Sequence record: SRR31156797_15306
Reading direction: 5' to 3' (one strand)
DNA length: 48,759 nt
The notes beneath the pieces are model-generated. The model was not told where the DNA came from. It saw only the letters and a list, made by a program, of their open reading frames with translations, and did no database searches. Of the stretch, positions 39,280 through 48,612 are shown one piece after another (the stretch's first letter is position 1; every line of letters begins with the position of its first letter). The translations under genes were made by a program, and so were the position numbers.

Positions 39280-42200
39280 ATGAAATATATAATATTCATA
39301 ATATTACTATTAACGGGTAATATTATATATAGTCAAAATAAGTCCGAGAAATCTGATGAAAAGGAAAGTGTTTTTCCACCAATGCAAGTTTTATTGGATG
39401 ATGATAATGATGGAATCTCTGTTGGGAATGAGTTGCTTAACCCAAATTTCATTTGGAATGAAATAGATCCAATTACGCTTGAAATTATTGAATATGAGGA
39501 ACCTGTGCACAAGTTTGCCAAAGCAAGAGATGTGATTAAATTACAGGAAGGATTCTCATATACTGCAATACCAGATGCAAAATTTTCTGCGAAAACAGAC
39601 CAGACAATAATTCTACCTGCAACAGATCATTACGCAGAATTTAGCAGCATTGACTTTTCAGCTTTTGATATGTCATTACCTGTTGGAAGCATAAACGGTA
39701 GTTTTAATGTAACTCCAACAGGAGCTGCCACCTACTCTATGCAAATCGAAGTTCCTCAAGGAATTCAAGGTTTGCAACCAAACCTTTCCGTATCATATAA
39801 TAGTATGGCTGGGATGAGTAATATGGGTAAAGGTTTTAGTTTATCTGGTGTAAGTGCAATTACCAGAACAAACCAAACACCATATTATGATGACAAGTGG
39901 GAAGAAGTTGATTTTATGGGTGATAAATTTATGCTTGATGGCCAACGATTAATTGTAACTAACTCTCTAGTTTATGGCGCTGACGGTACAGAATATGGTA
40001 CTGAGTCTTATTCTCCAATTAAAGTTACCTCCTACGGAAGACATGGTAATGGATCAAATAACCCAAGATTTTTTGAAGTGCAAAATGCTGCAGGACAAAC
40101 TCTAACATATGGCCAGGGTGGTAACTCTTTCCATAAGGTGGGTGGTTTTGAGGATGAGTATTCCCCCGCATACATGTGGTTGTTACATGAAGTAAAGGAT
40201 AAAAACGACAATAAAATGTTATACCATTATGGTGTAAGAGATGGTGAGCATTACATTCAAAAAATTGAATACATCAATAACGGATCAGAGTACTTGGGCG
40301 AAATAGAATTTATTCATGAAGAGCACGGACATCCTCAAATAAAAAATGTGGGTGGAGAAATGTTTAATGGTTATATTAACCAAACACTTCTTTTAAAAGA
40401 AATTAGGGTTAACCTTAATGGAAAATCTTACCGCAGGTATGAATTTGATTATTTTGAAGACATTTTGCCCAAATTATACCAGGCAACTGTTTTTGATGGT
40501 AATGGAAACAAATTGAATAGCACAAAATTTGATTGGGGAGGAGTTTTAGAAGACCAATTAGATTTTGAAGTCGAATCTTTATGCCCATCGTCTGGCGATA
40601 ATATTTCATACTTTCCTTGCGATTTTGATGGTAATGGAAGGACAGATTTATTGAAACTTTTAGATTATAGTAATGGATTTACAATGTATAAAACATTACA
40701 GTTTTATCAAGCTGGAAGCTCTCAACAATGTGACAATTTTAAGCCATTAGGATCATTTAATTTTGGGTACCCAGATATTGTTGCTCCTCTTTTTTGCGAT
40801 TTTGATGGAGATGGTAAAGATGATATTCTTTATATGACTTTTAATAGTTCCAATGGAGGGAACTATAATGATGGAGATTATACTTTTCATTTTGTAAATA
40901 ATGTCCCACCTTTCGGAAGCACACATGGCCCTGCAGTTGAAGATTATGGTTTTGTAATGTATGAGGATGTTGATTTTAACAACTACGATAATTATCCAGG
41001 CCCATTTTATCTTACAGGTGATTTCGATGGTGATGGTAAATATGAAATTTGCTTTAATGACGATCATCACTTGCGTTTTCTTAAATATGATGAAACAAAT
41101 TTTATACAGGAGTATAGCAATATTTCATTCGATGGAAAACCAGGTAACGACGATCCTTATCCTTTAGTTGGTGATTTTAATGGAGACGGTATTCATGATA
41201 TCTTTTTTGTTCAAGATAGTGAAGTTAAAGTTTTCACATTTGAAGATGATTTAACAACTATAAAAAAAATTAGTGAACTAGATCTGCATGCGGTCTTTAA
41301 TGACATCCGAGATCCCAAACTTGCAGATATAAATGGAGATGGTAAAAGCGATTTATTTTTCCGTATTCCAGGATATAATTGGAAAATGGCTATATCGAAT
41401 GGTGAGGGATTTAGCGTTATTGACTTCGATGAAATTGATGGTATAAATCTGAATGCTGATGAACATGAATTGTATTTTACTGATGTGAATAGTGATGGAA
41501 TAACTGATATAGTACATGTGGATAACGGTATTATAGAAAAGTCGGGTACTGTTATTAATTTTTACTTTGGGGATAACAGTTTTAAATTTAAAAAATTAGT
41601 TTGGGAGGAACCTACAGATTTAGGAAATTTCAAAATAATTAAATCCATGGTTGATGGCAAAGATGTAATGACTGATATGAATGGAGATGGTTTTGTTGAT
41701 TTTTTAATTGATGGTGAAGGATGGCATGAAACACTTCAATTAATAAAGTTTTCATTTGATCCCGCAACTAATCCAAATAATATCAAGAATATAAAAAATG
41801 GGTTAAATAATAACATACAAATTCAATATAAATCTGGATTAAAACTTGTTGGAATTGAAGAGCATGAGAATGAAAACATTCATTCTTTACGCCATCGTAC
41901 AATGCGCATGGTCTCAAACACTAATACAATAGGTGCAAACATTACTTACACTTATGGGCCTATGTTTTATCACAAACAAGGCAAAGGATTTTTAGGAACA
42001 AAGAGTTTTGGTACTTATAATTCTACGACGAAACAAAGAACAGAAACTGAATTTACAATTAACTCAGATTTTTTTGTCAACTATGTTTCTAGCGTTACTA
42101 ATAAACTTATAAACGAAACTGTTTCATCTAGCAGTTCAGTATATGAATTTGTATCGATAAATAATCAATTTTATCAAAAATTGGATAAATCAATATCAAC

Positions 42201-45200
42201 AGATGAATTAGCAGATATTCAAACGGAAACCTCTTATACTTATAATAATACCTACAAGGTAAAAACAGTAACATCAGAAATAAGCAAATCCGGAGGTGCT
42301 GCAGAAAAAACAGTATTAGTTGAAAACTTTTATGTGGATGAATCTGGATTAACAGATAACCGGATTGACTATAAAACCACAACAACAACTATTGGTGCTA
42401 ATTCTCACACTCAAACTACTGATTATTCTTATGATGGAAATTGGAACATAACTGCCAATAATGTTAGTTTTGGAGATGGACGGTTCTTAAATAAAGCTTA
42501 TTCAGAATTTGTAAAAGGTAATCCGGGAAAAGTTGTAACAAGTGGAACCAATATGGATCATATCCAAACAGATAAATTTGAGTATGATAATTCGAAAAGA
42601 TTTGTTACTAAGCATACCTTACCCAATAATGACTTTACAACAAGCTCTTTAGATCCATTTACAGATTTAGTTTTATCAAAGACCGATGCTACAGGAAAAA
42701 CTATTTCTATGAGATACGGCAAATTTGGTGCACTTGAGGAATCCATAGATGCTTTTGGAAACTCAACAACTTTTTCATCATCATACACCTCAGAAAATAA
42801 TGCTTTTTATAAAAAGACAGTTAAAACTGCGGGAATGGGAATAGCTGTAGAATATTTTAACGAACGGGGTCAAAGTGTATTAAAGGAAACTCCGGGTGCA
42901 AATGGTACGGTACAAACCAGAAAAGAGTATTATGATGAAGCTGGAGAGGACTTTGGAAAACAAAAACTAGTATATGAACCTTCATATGGAGCTGCCACAG
43001 AAATAGCAGCGGAATATTGGTATGATGATTATGGTAGAGTGGATTATGTTATAAGTAAAAATGATAATAATTTGACAACAGATTATGAAATTACTTCCAG
43101 TTCATTAACAACTACTGTAACTCAGCCCAATGGATTGTATCAAACAACTCAAAGCAATGCTTGGGGTGGAACAATTAGTGTTACTGATAATGGTGGAACC
43201 ATTAATTATAGTGGTTTTAGTGCCTTGGGTATGCCTAAATATGTATCTTATTCAGGCGCCTCATGGTGGTTTAATTATGATGATCAGGGACATAGAACAC
43301 GCTTAAATGATCCTGATGCCGGAGTAAGAGAATTCGTTTATGATGCCATAGGCAATATTAAATCAAAACAGTTACCTTCTAATGAGATTGTGGGATATGA
43401 ATATGATGAACTTAATAGGTTAAAAAAGAAAACCAATACAACCCCCGGTGAAGGTGAAATAAATTATAGTTATGTTCAAACAGGCAATGGTAAAGGTCAA
43501 TTAAAAAGTATTGTCAACTATAATAGTATTGATTACAATATGACCTATAATTCTGATGACAGAGTTTCGAAAAAAACATATGACATAGTTGGAGAACAAT
43601 TTAATGTTGAATATGAATATGATGAATTAGGAAGAACAACTTTAAAAACCCTTCCAGATGGCACTACTATTGGCTATAGTTATTATGAAACTGATGGTTC
43701 CATCAAAGAAATATTTGTAAATGGAAATGTTGTCGCAAAAGATATCATTTATGATGCCAAGGACAGAGTTACTAATATGGACTTAGGATCTGTTATGAAC
43801 TTTAGTCAGGAATTTAATAAGTATGACTATCCAACATTCAGAAAAATTGAATTAGATGGAAATCCAATTTTCCATCAGTTATACATTTTTGATGAAAAAG
43901 AAAATTGGCTACTTATGCGTAAAGATGTAGTTAAAAGTATAATTGAGAAATTTGCATATGATGACCAACAGAGATTAATAAGAAGTGTTGTGAACAATGT
44001 AGTTCAAATTGATATGGGGTATTATCTCAATGGTAATATTGATTATAAAAATGATGTTGGAACCTACCAATACGAGAATGGAAACCATGCTGTTACTAAT
44101 ATCTCCCCATTAGACGAATCATATTTCAATGATCTGGGTGGATTTACAGGAGATACTGTTCAGGATATTTCATATAACAGTTTTAATAAACCAGTTAGAA
44201 TAGAGTTTGGTAGTCATGTAATGAATATAGAATATGGACCGGATAAACATCGCAGACATTTTGTCTTAACCCAAGATGGTACAAAAATTTGGGAGTGTTA
44301 CTATGCTGATGATTTTATTTATGATTGGCGAAATGGCCAGGAAAGAACAATTGTAACAGTTGCTGGGCCTGATGGATTATTGGGTCTCAATATCACAGAA
44401 AATGATGAATCATATTTCTATTATGCAGCCACAGATTATTTAGGGTCACTATTAGCATTATATACTCCTGAAGGTAATTTAATGGAGGAATACAACTACG
44501 ATGCCTGGGGTAGAAGAAGAAATGCAGATACCTGGACTTATGATAATGTACAAACACCAACATTAACGCGCATTGGATATACTGGCCATGAGCATTGGGA
44601 TGAACTCCAACTAATAAATATGACTGGCCGTATGTACGATGCACGCATTGCTCGTTTTTTAAGTACGGACCCATATGTGCAAATACCAGGTAATACGCAA
44701 AATTTAAATAGATATGCCTATGCTTTGAATAATCCATTAATATATTCGGATCCTGATGGAGAGTTTATTGTGGGAGCAATTATTGTCGGAGCATTAGTTG
44801 GTGCATATACTGGAGGAATGATAGCTAATGGAGGTGAAAAGAATCCACTACAGTGGGAACTTACATCTGGTGAAACTTGGGGGTATATGGCAGCAGGAGC
44901 TCTTATTGGTGGTGCTGCTGGAGCTGCTGGAGGTGCTGCAGGGAGTGCAGCTATGAAGGCTGCCGGTGGAGGAATTGCAGGAGGTATAGCTGGTGGCGCG
45001 ATAGGCGGAATGTCTAGTGGAGTTATAAATGGAGGAGGAATGGCTGCACTTGCTGGAGGAAGTAAAAGTGATATCTTTAGAGGCATGAGCAGAGGTTTCA
45101 TGCTGGGTACTGTAACTGGTGCAGTAGGAGGAGGATTATTTGCGGGTGCTCACAAACTACTTAATAGTAATGCGACTTACTTATTACCTGTGAATACCAT

Positions 45201-45633
45201 ATCATATATGACTGCTTCAACAGGTTCTCAAGTTGCCGCAAATTTGATTACAAACAAAAGAGCTTTCAAAGGAAATGATTTTGGGTTTAATATGGGTATT
45301 ATTAGTCCATTAAATGCTGACAGAAAGGCTTATAGTTCTAATTATATCGAAAAGAAGTTGTTCTATAATGAAATTGAAGAAATGTATAGAAACCCTAAAA
45401 CGACAAAGGTCACAAGATCCAAGTTGTTTTGTCTTTTTAAGAAGCCAGTAACAACATTAAATTCAAATGGAGACTTAACAATGCAAGTTCAATTTAAGGA
45501 GCACAAACATAAAACATGGGGAATATTTGGCTTCAAATGGCCTTACATAGGTGTTGATCGCCATACTTTTACGAAGATTTACCAACCTGATTTTCAAAGT
45601 AAGGTGAACATGAGCTTTTTTCTGTATGAGTAA
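39280..45633 (+). CDS. Signal-peptide Rhs protein, TcB-TcC-like fusion (SpvB-like N-terminus, FG-GAP propeller, YD shell, Rhs core, variable C-terminus)
   Basis: G.F.V..TGAATY...I.VP.G..GLQP.LS..YNS SpvB-like; multiple (G)DF(D/N)GDG..D repeats; G.GFLG; YD repeats; DYLGS, YDAWG.RR, GYTGHE, R.YD..I.RFLS.DP, NRYAY..NNP..Y.DPDGE at 44749-44763. Confidence 0.92.
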   Translation: MKYIIFIILLLTGNIIYSQNKSEKSDEKESVFPPMQVLLDDDNDGISVGNELLNPNFIWNEIDPITLEIIEYEEPVHKFAKARDVIKLQEGFSYTAIPDAKFSAKTDQTIILPATDHYAEFSSIDFSAFDMSLPVGSINGSFNVTPTGAATYSMQIEVPQGIQGLQPNLSVSYNSMAGMSNMGKGFSLSGVSAITRTNQTPYYDDKWEEVDFMGDKFMLDGQRLIVTNSLVYGADGTEYGTESYSPIKVTSYGRHGNGSNNPRFFEVQNAAGQTLTYGQGGNSFHKVGGFEDEYSPAYMWLLHEVKDKNDNKMLYHYGVRDGEHYIQKIEYINNGSEYLGEIEFIHEEHGHPQIKNVGGEMFNGYINQTLLLKEIRVNLNGKSYRRYEFDYFEDILPKLYQATVFDGNGNKLNSTKFDWGGVLEDQLDFEVESLCPSSGDNISYFPCDFDGNGRTDLLKLLDYSNGFTMYKTLQFYQAGSSQQCDNFKPLGSFNFGYPDIVAPLFCDFDGDGKDDILYMTFNSSNGGNYNDGDYTFHFVNNVPPFGSTHGPAVEDYGFVMYEDVDFNNYDNYPGPFYLTGDFDGDGKYEICFNDDHHLRFLKYDETNFIQEYSNISFDGKPGNDDPYPLVGDFNGDGIHDIFFVQDSEVKVFTFEDDLTTIKKISELDLHAVFNDIRDPKLADINGDGKSDLFFRIPGYNWKMAISNGEGFSVIDFDEIDGINLNADEHELYFTDVNSDGITDIVHVDNGIIEKSGTVINFYFGDNSFKFKKLVWEEPTDLGNFKIIKSMVDGKDVMTDMNGDGFVDFLIDGEGWHETLQLIKFSFDPATNPNNIKNIKNGLNNNIQIQYKSGLKLVGIEEHENENIHSLRHRTMRMVSNTNTIGANITYTYGPMFYHKQGKGFLGTKSFGTYNSTTKQRTETEFTINSDFFVNYVSSVTNKLINETVSSSSSVYEFVSINNQFYQKLDKSISTDELADIQTETSYTYNNTYKVKTVTSEISKSGGAAEKTVLVENFYVDESGLTDNRIDYKTTTTTIGANSHTQTTDYSYDGNWNITANNVSFGDGRFLNKAYSEFVKGNPGKVVTSGTNMDHIQTDKFEYDNSKRFVTKHTLPNNDFTTSSLDPFTDLVLSKTDATGKTISMRYGKFGALEESIDAFGNSTTFSSSYTSENNAFYKKTVKTAGMGIAVEYFNERGQSVLKETPGANGTVQTRKEYYDEAGEDFGKQKLVYEPSYGAATEIAAEYWYDDYGRVDYVISKNDNNLTTDYEITSSSLTTTVTQPNGLYQTTQSNAWGGTISVTDNGGTINYSGFSALGMPKYVSYSGASWWFNYDDQGHRTRLNDPDAGVREFVYDAIGNIKSKQLPSNEIVGYEYDELNRLKKKTNTTPGEGEINYSYVQTGNGKGQLKSIVNYNSIDYNMTYNSDDRVSKKTYDIVGEQFNVEYEYDELGRTTLKTLPDGTTIGYSYYETDGSIKEIFVNGNVVAKDIIYDAKDRVTNMDLGSVMNFSQEFNKYDYPTFRKIELDGNPIFHQLYIFDEKENWLLMRKDVVKSIIEKFAYDDQQRLIRSVVNNVVQIDMGYYLNGNIDYKNDVGTYQYENGNHAVTNISPLDESYFNDLGGFTGDTVQDISYNSFNKPVRIEFGSHVMNIEYGPDKHRRHFVLTQDGTKIWECYYADDFIYDWRNGQERTIVTVAGPDGLLGLNITENDESYFYYAATDYLGSLLALYTPEGNLMEEYNYDAWGRRRNADTWTYDNVQTPTLTRIGYTGHEHWDELQLINMTGRMYDARIARFLSTDPYVQIPGNTQNLNRYAYALNNPLIYSDPDGEFIVGAIIVGALVGAYTGGMIANGGEKNPLQWELTSGETWGYMAAGALIGGAAGAAGGAAGSAAMKAAGGGIAGGIAGGAIGGMSSGVINGGGMAALAGGSKSDIFRGMSRGFMLGTVTGAVGGGLFAGAHKLLNSNATYLLPVNTISYMTASTGSQVAANLITNKRAFKGNDFGFNMGIISPLNADRKAYSSNYIEKKLFYNEIEEMYRNPKTTKVTRSKLFCLFKKPVTTLNSNGDLTMQVQFKEHKHKTWGIFGFKWPYIGVDRHTFTKIYQPDFQSKVNMSFFLYE

Positions 45634-45654
45634 TTAAAAAAAAGCTAAGATTCT

Positions 45655-45796
45655 CCCCCGCCAGTGCGCAAAAAGTAGTTCGACAAAATCAATCTTTCGC
45701 GTGGGCGTACAATATAAAAATTACAAACGCTATAATAGAGGCTGCTGAAAGGTGGTCTCTTTCTTTTTGTCTTGTTTTCACACCTCACTGATTCTC
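45655..45796 (+). repeat. REP-terminator-REP module, copy B (continues at 46827-46843 after the IS)
   Basis: AATCTTTCGCGTGGG, ACAAACGCTATAA-AGAG.CTGC...AAGGTGG.CTCTTTCTTTTTG, CACCTCACTGATTCTC. Confidence 0.75.
45737..45768 (+). terminator. Intrinsic terminator after Rhs gene
   Basis: AGAGGCTGCT-GAA-AGGTGGTCTCT followed by TTCTTTTT. Confidence 0.7.
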
Positions 45797-45804
45797 ATAT
45801 AATA

Positions 45805-46826
45805 ACGTGAGTTCGATGTAAGAAATATTCAATTTTATTTGAAAAAGAAGAGGTTTTTGATTACATTTAAGTATCTAACATTCAAATATTTAAAACCAAA
45901 ACCTCTCTTAAAATGATAGATAAAATTACTGAAATTTTCTGTTTAATCGATGATTTTTGCAAAGAATATGACAAAGCCAAGGAGGGACATACCCTTGATG
46001 AAATAAGCGGGAAAAAACGGCGTAATCGTAAGTTTAAAAGTCTGATAGCGAGGTAATTACTATTCTTGTTGTTTTCCATCTAAAGCAATTTAGAAATCTC
46101 AAACACTTCTATATCAACTATGTACGGAAGCACATGCAAAAAGAATTTCCCGAAACAGTATCATATAATCGGTTTGTTGAACTTCAGCAAAAAGCTTTTC
46201 TTCCAATGTGTGTATTTCTTCAAACATGCTGTCTGGGAGAATGTACTGGGATTTCGTTCATTGATTCAACACCCATTAGAGTATGCCATATAAAGAGAGA
46301 AAAGCAACACAAAGTTTTTGGTGAGTTTGCAATGAAAGGACATTGCTCAATGGGTTGGTTCTATGGATTTAAGCTTCATATAGTCATAAATGACAAAGGA
46401 GAAATTATTGACTTTTTATTTACTCAAGCTAATGTTGATGACCGTGAACCTCTGAAAAACAAAAATTTTCATGAAAAACTATTCGGAAAGCTATTTGGTG
46501 ATAAAGGATACATTAGTCAAAGCCTGTTTGAGCAACTATTCATAGATGGTATTCATTTAGTTACAAAGGTCCGTAAGAATATGAAAAACAGCTTAATGCA
46601 TACTTCAGACAAAATATTACTTCGCAAACGAGCTCTTGTTGAAACAGTTAATGATGAGCTGAAAAACATGTGTCAAATTGAACATACCAGACACAGAAGC
46701 GTCGATAATTTCCTTTCTAATCTTATATCAGGCTTAATTGCATATCATTTTCTTCCTAAAAAACCATCATTAAATCTGGAAGTCGTTGATGAAAAACGAA
46801 TTAGAAGAGCTGCTTAGAACTCACGT
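45805..46826 (+). mobile_element. IS982-family insertion sequence (1022 bp)
   Basis: Terminal IRs ACGTGAGTTC (45805-45814) / GAACTCACGT (46817-46826); 7-bp target duplication TATAATA (45798-45804, 46827-46833); IS982-type DDE transposase. Confidence 0.92.
45913..46817 (+). pseudogene. Frameshifted IS982 transposase
   Basis: Frame from ATG 45913 (MIDKITEIFCLIDDFCK...RRNRKFK) shifts at ~46039-46040 into SDSEVITILVVFH...SYNRFVEL...IDSTP...WFYGFKLH...GDKGYIS...R.LVETVNDELKN; consistent with a 1-bp deletion (AAAAGTCT for AAAATGTCT). Confidence 0.85.
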
Positions 46827-46863
46827 TATAATAGAAAACCTCTAGCCCACTTAAGATTTCGAG

Positions 46864-47340
46864 ATAACCTGACTCGTCCTAAAAAATGCTTACAGGTAAG
46901 TGCGCAAGGTTTTACCCCATTTGGGTTATTTAAAATTTTGAACAGTACTTAAGAATGATTCCACATATAACAATTCTAGATAAAAAATGAGTGAAAAATT
47001 AAAGACCGCTTATAATCTATGCTAGATATGATGTAGTTGAAAATCAATTTAGGAAAAAATCAGGAAAAACAAAAATATCGAAAAAGGAAATAGCCATATC
47101 CGCAGAGCAATGCATATGCCAGCTTTCAACATAGTGAGACATAACTAAGGGAATATGTCATACCATTATAACAAATTGGTGGAAAGTACTAAAAAAAAGA
47201 AGAAAGGATATGTAGCAATACAAAGAAAGTTGTTAATGTTTATGTACACACGTCGAAAAAAATGAAGCGTTTGATCCAAAATATTATAAGTCTTCCGGTA
47301 ATGATGAGTCTAAACTCCTCTTTTCGCAATTGCAAATGTA
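46864..47340 (+). mobile_element. Internally deleted, degraded IS110-family element remnant (boundaries approximate)
   Basis: 47018-47290 translates, with 2 frameshifts and a stop at 47146-47148, as YARYDVVENQFRKKSGKTKISKK(G)NSHIRRAMHMPAF...KGYVAIQRKLL.FMYT..KKNEAFDP, the IS110 transposase C-terminal domain; flanked by non-coding sequence. Confidence 0.72.
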
Positions 47341-47457
47341 CAAAAAACGAAAGTACCTAGCGCCAGTTGGGATTTTAATTTGGAACTGAAGTTTCATGAA
47401 TAACGTTAATGCTAAGTTTAATTATTCAACTTTCTGTTAATAAAATATCAAATCACA

Positions 47458-48570
47458 TTATTGTTGTTTTTCTTCGATACGGTCCAAAATCTGAATTCCA
47501 CTTGTTTTAGCCTTTAATTTATATGTTATTAAAATACTATCGTTTTCCTTTAAGATTAGCTTTAATCGAACTAAAGAATAATCAATCATTTCATAAGGTA
47601 TTGCTTTTTGTTTGGCAATTTCAGCAATAAAGTCTAAATAACTTATTTCTGAGGGGTTTACAACAATCAAAGAATCAACATTTACTTTATATAAATGATT
47701 CGCCGTTTGGAATTTAATATTAAAATCTACCAGTTCTATACTGTCAAGCAGGGATTGAAGTGACTGCCTATTTCCTGAATTCTTAATCAAATCAATGATA
47801 AACAATGAATCTTTAGTAATAGTTTCAGAATGCATTGCAAAAAACTCCTCTACCATCAAACCTGCTTCTTCCATATCAGCGGGTTCAATATCTTTCAATT
47901 TTTCAACCATCTTCAATTGATCCCAAATGCTTACCTCATCATTATTTTCATATACCACCTCTTTTTTATGTTTCCTTGGTAGCTTGGGCTTTTCCTTTTT
48001 TAGTTCAGTTGAAGCATCAGTATAAATGGCTGTCCATGTATCACAATAGTCCTGAATTGGGACTATGAATACAATTGTTTCTCGTTTGTTTTCATGGTTA
48101 ACAACTAAAGCATTTTTAGATTTACCAATTTGAACCTTGTTAGTTTCAAATAAAAAGAAAACAGGGAGAAATGGAAGCATAAACACTCTAGTCCTAAATT
48201 GAAAATAACCATTCTTAAGCTTGCCTTTAAAGGTTTTGCTAGCAATCACAGTATCCTCGCGTAACACATTTACATTTAGATTCTTATGATTTAACATGTT
48301 TAATTTTATCTCATCGGCATTACTCCACTCTTTTTTATCATTTATAAAAAATCGATCAATTAAGGATTGATTCTTCTCTAATTGACTATAAAAACGCAAA
48401 TGCTGTTCATCAAATACCGTGTCTTGTGTATTATGATACGATCCATTTAAAATTTGATAGTTACTTTTGTCCAAATAGATAATTTCATATTCAGATGAAC
48501 TAAGGTTTTCCATCGGTTTACAACCAATGAAAAATAGAATAATAAAGAAAGTGTAGAATACCTGTTTCAT
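47458..48570 (-). CDS. Hypothetical lipoprotein
   Basis: 370-aa ORF, lipobox FIG-C after hydrophobic stretch; no recognised catalytic motif. Confidence 0.75.
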   Translation of the reverse strand: MKQVFYTFFIILFFIGCKPMENLSSSEYEIIYLDKSNYQILNGSYHNTQDTVFDEQHLRFYSQLEKNQSLIDRFFINDKKEWSNADEIKLNMLNHKNLNVNVLREDTVIASKTFKGKLKNGYFQFRTRVFMLPFLPVFFLFETNKVQIGKSKNALVVNHENKRETIVFIVPIQDYCDTWTAIYTDASTELKKEKPKLPRKHKKEVVYENNDEVSIWDQLKMVEKLKDIEPADMEEAGLMVEEFFAMHSETITKDSLFIIDLIKNSGNRQSLQSLLDSIELVDFNIKFQTANHLYKVNVDSLIVVNPSEISYLDFIAEIAKQKAIPYEMIDYSLVRLKLILKENDSILITYKLKAKTSGIQILDRIEEKQQ

Positions 48571-48612
48571 TTTGTGCTTGGTATATATTGAAACCTCAAA
48601 TATAGCAATAAT

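Noticed and set aside
37031-45633. Prophage, T6SS or eCIS locus
   Set aside because: No capsid, sheath, tube, baseplate, VgrG, PAAR or integrase genes; all three proteins carry Sec-type signal peptides
46030-46045. Programmed -1 frameshift in the IS982 transposase
   Set aside because: No in-frame X XXY YYZ slippery heptamer; IS982 transposases are single ORFs; a 1-bp deletion explains it
45882-46079. 65-aa minus-strand ORF as Rhs immunity protein
   Set aside because: Lies inside the IS982, antisense to the transposase N-terminus
2354-48068. Many short antisense or alternate-frame ORFs in the track (e.g. 10935-11414, 44718-45101, 27226-27579)
   Set aside because: Fully overlap well-supported genes and look like shadow ORFs
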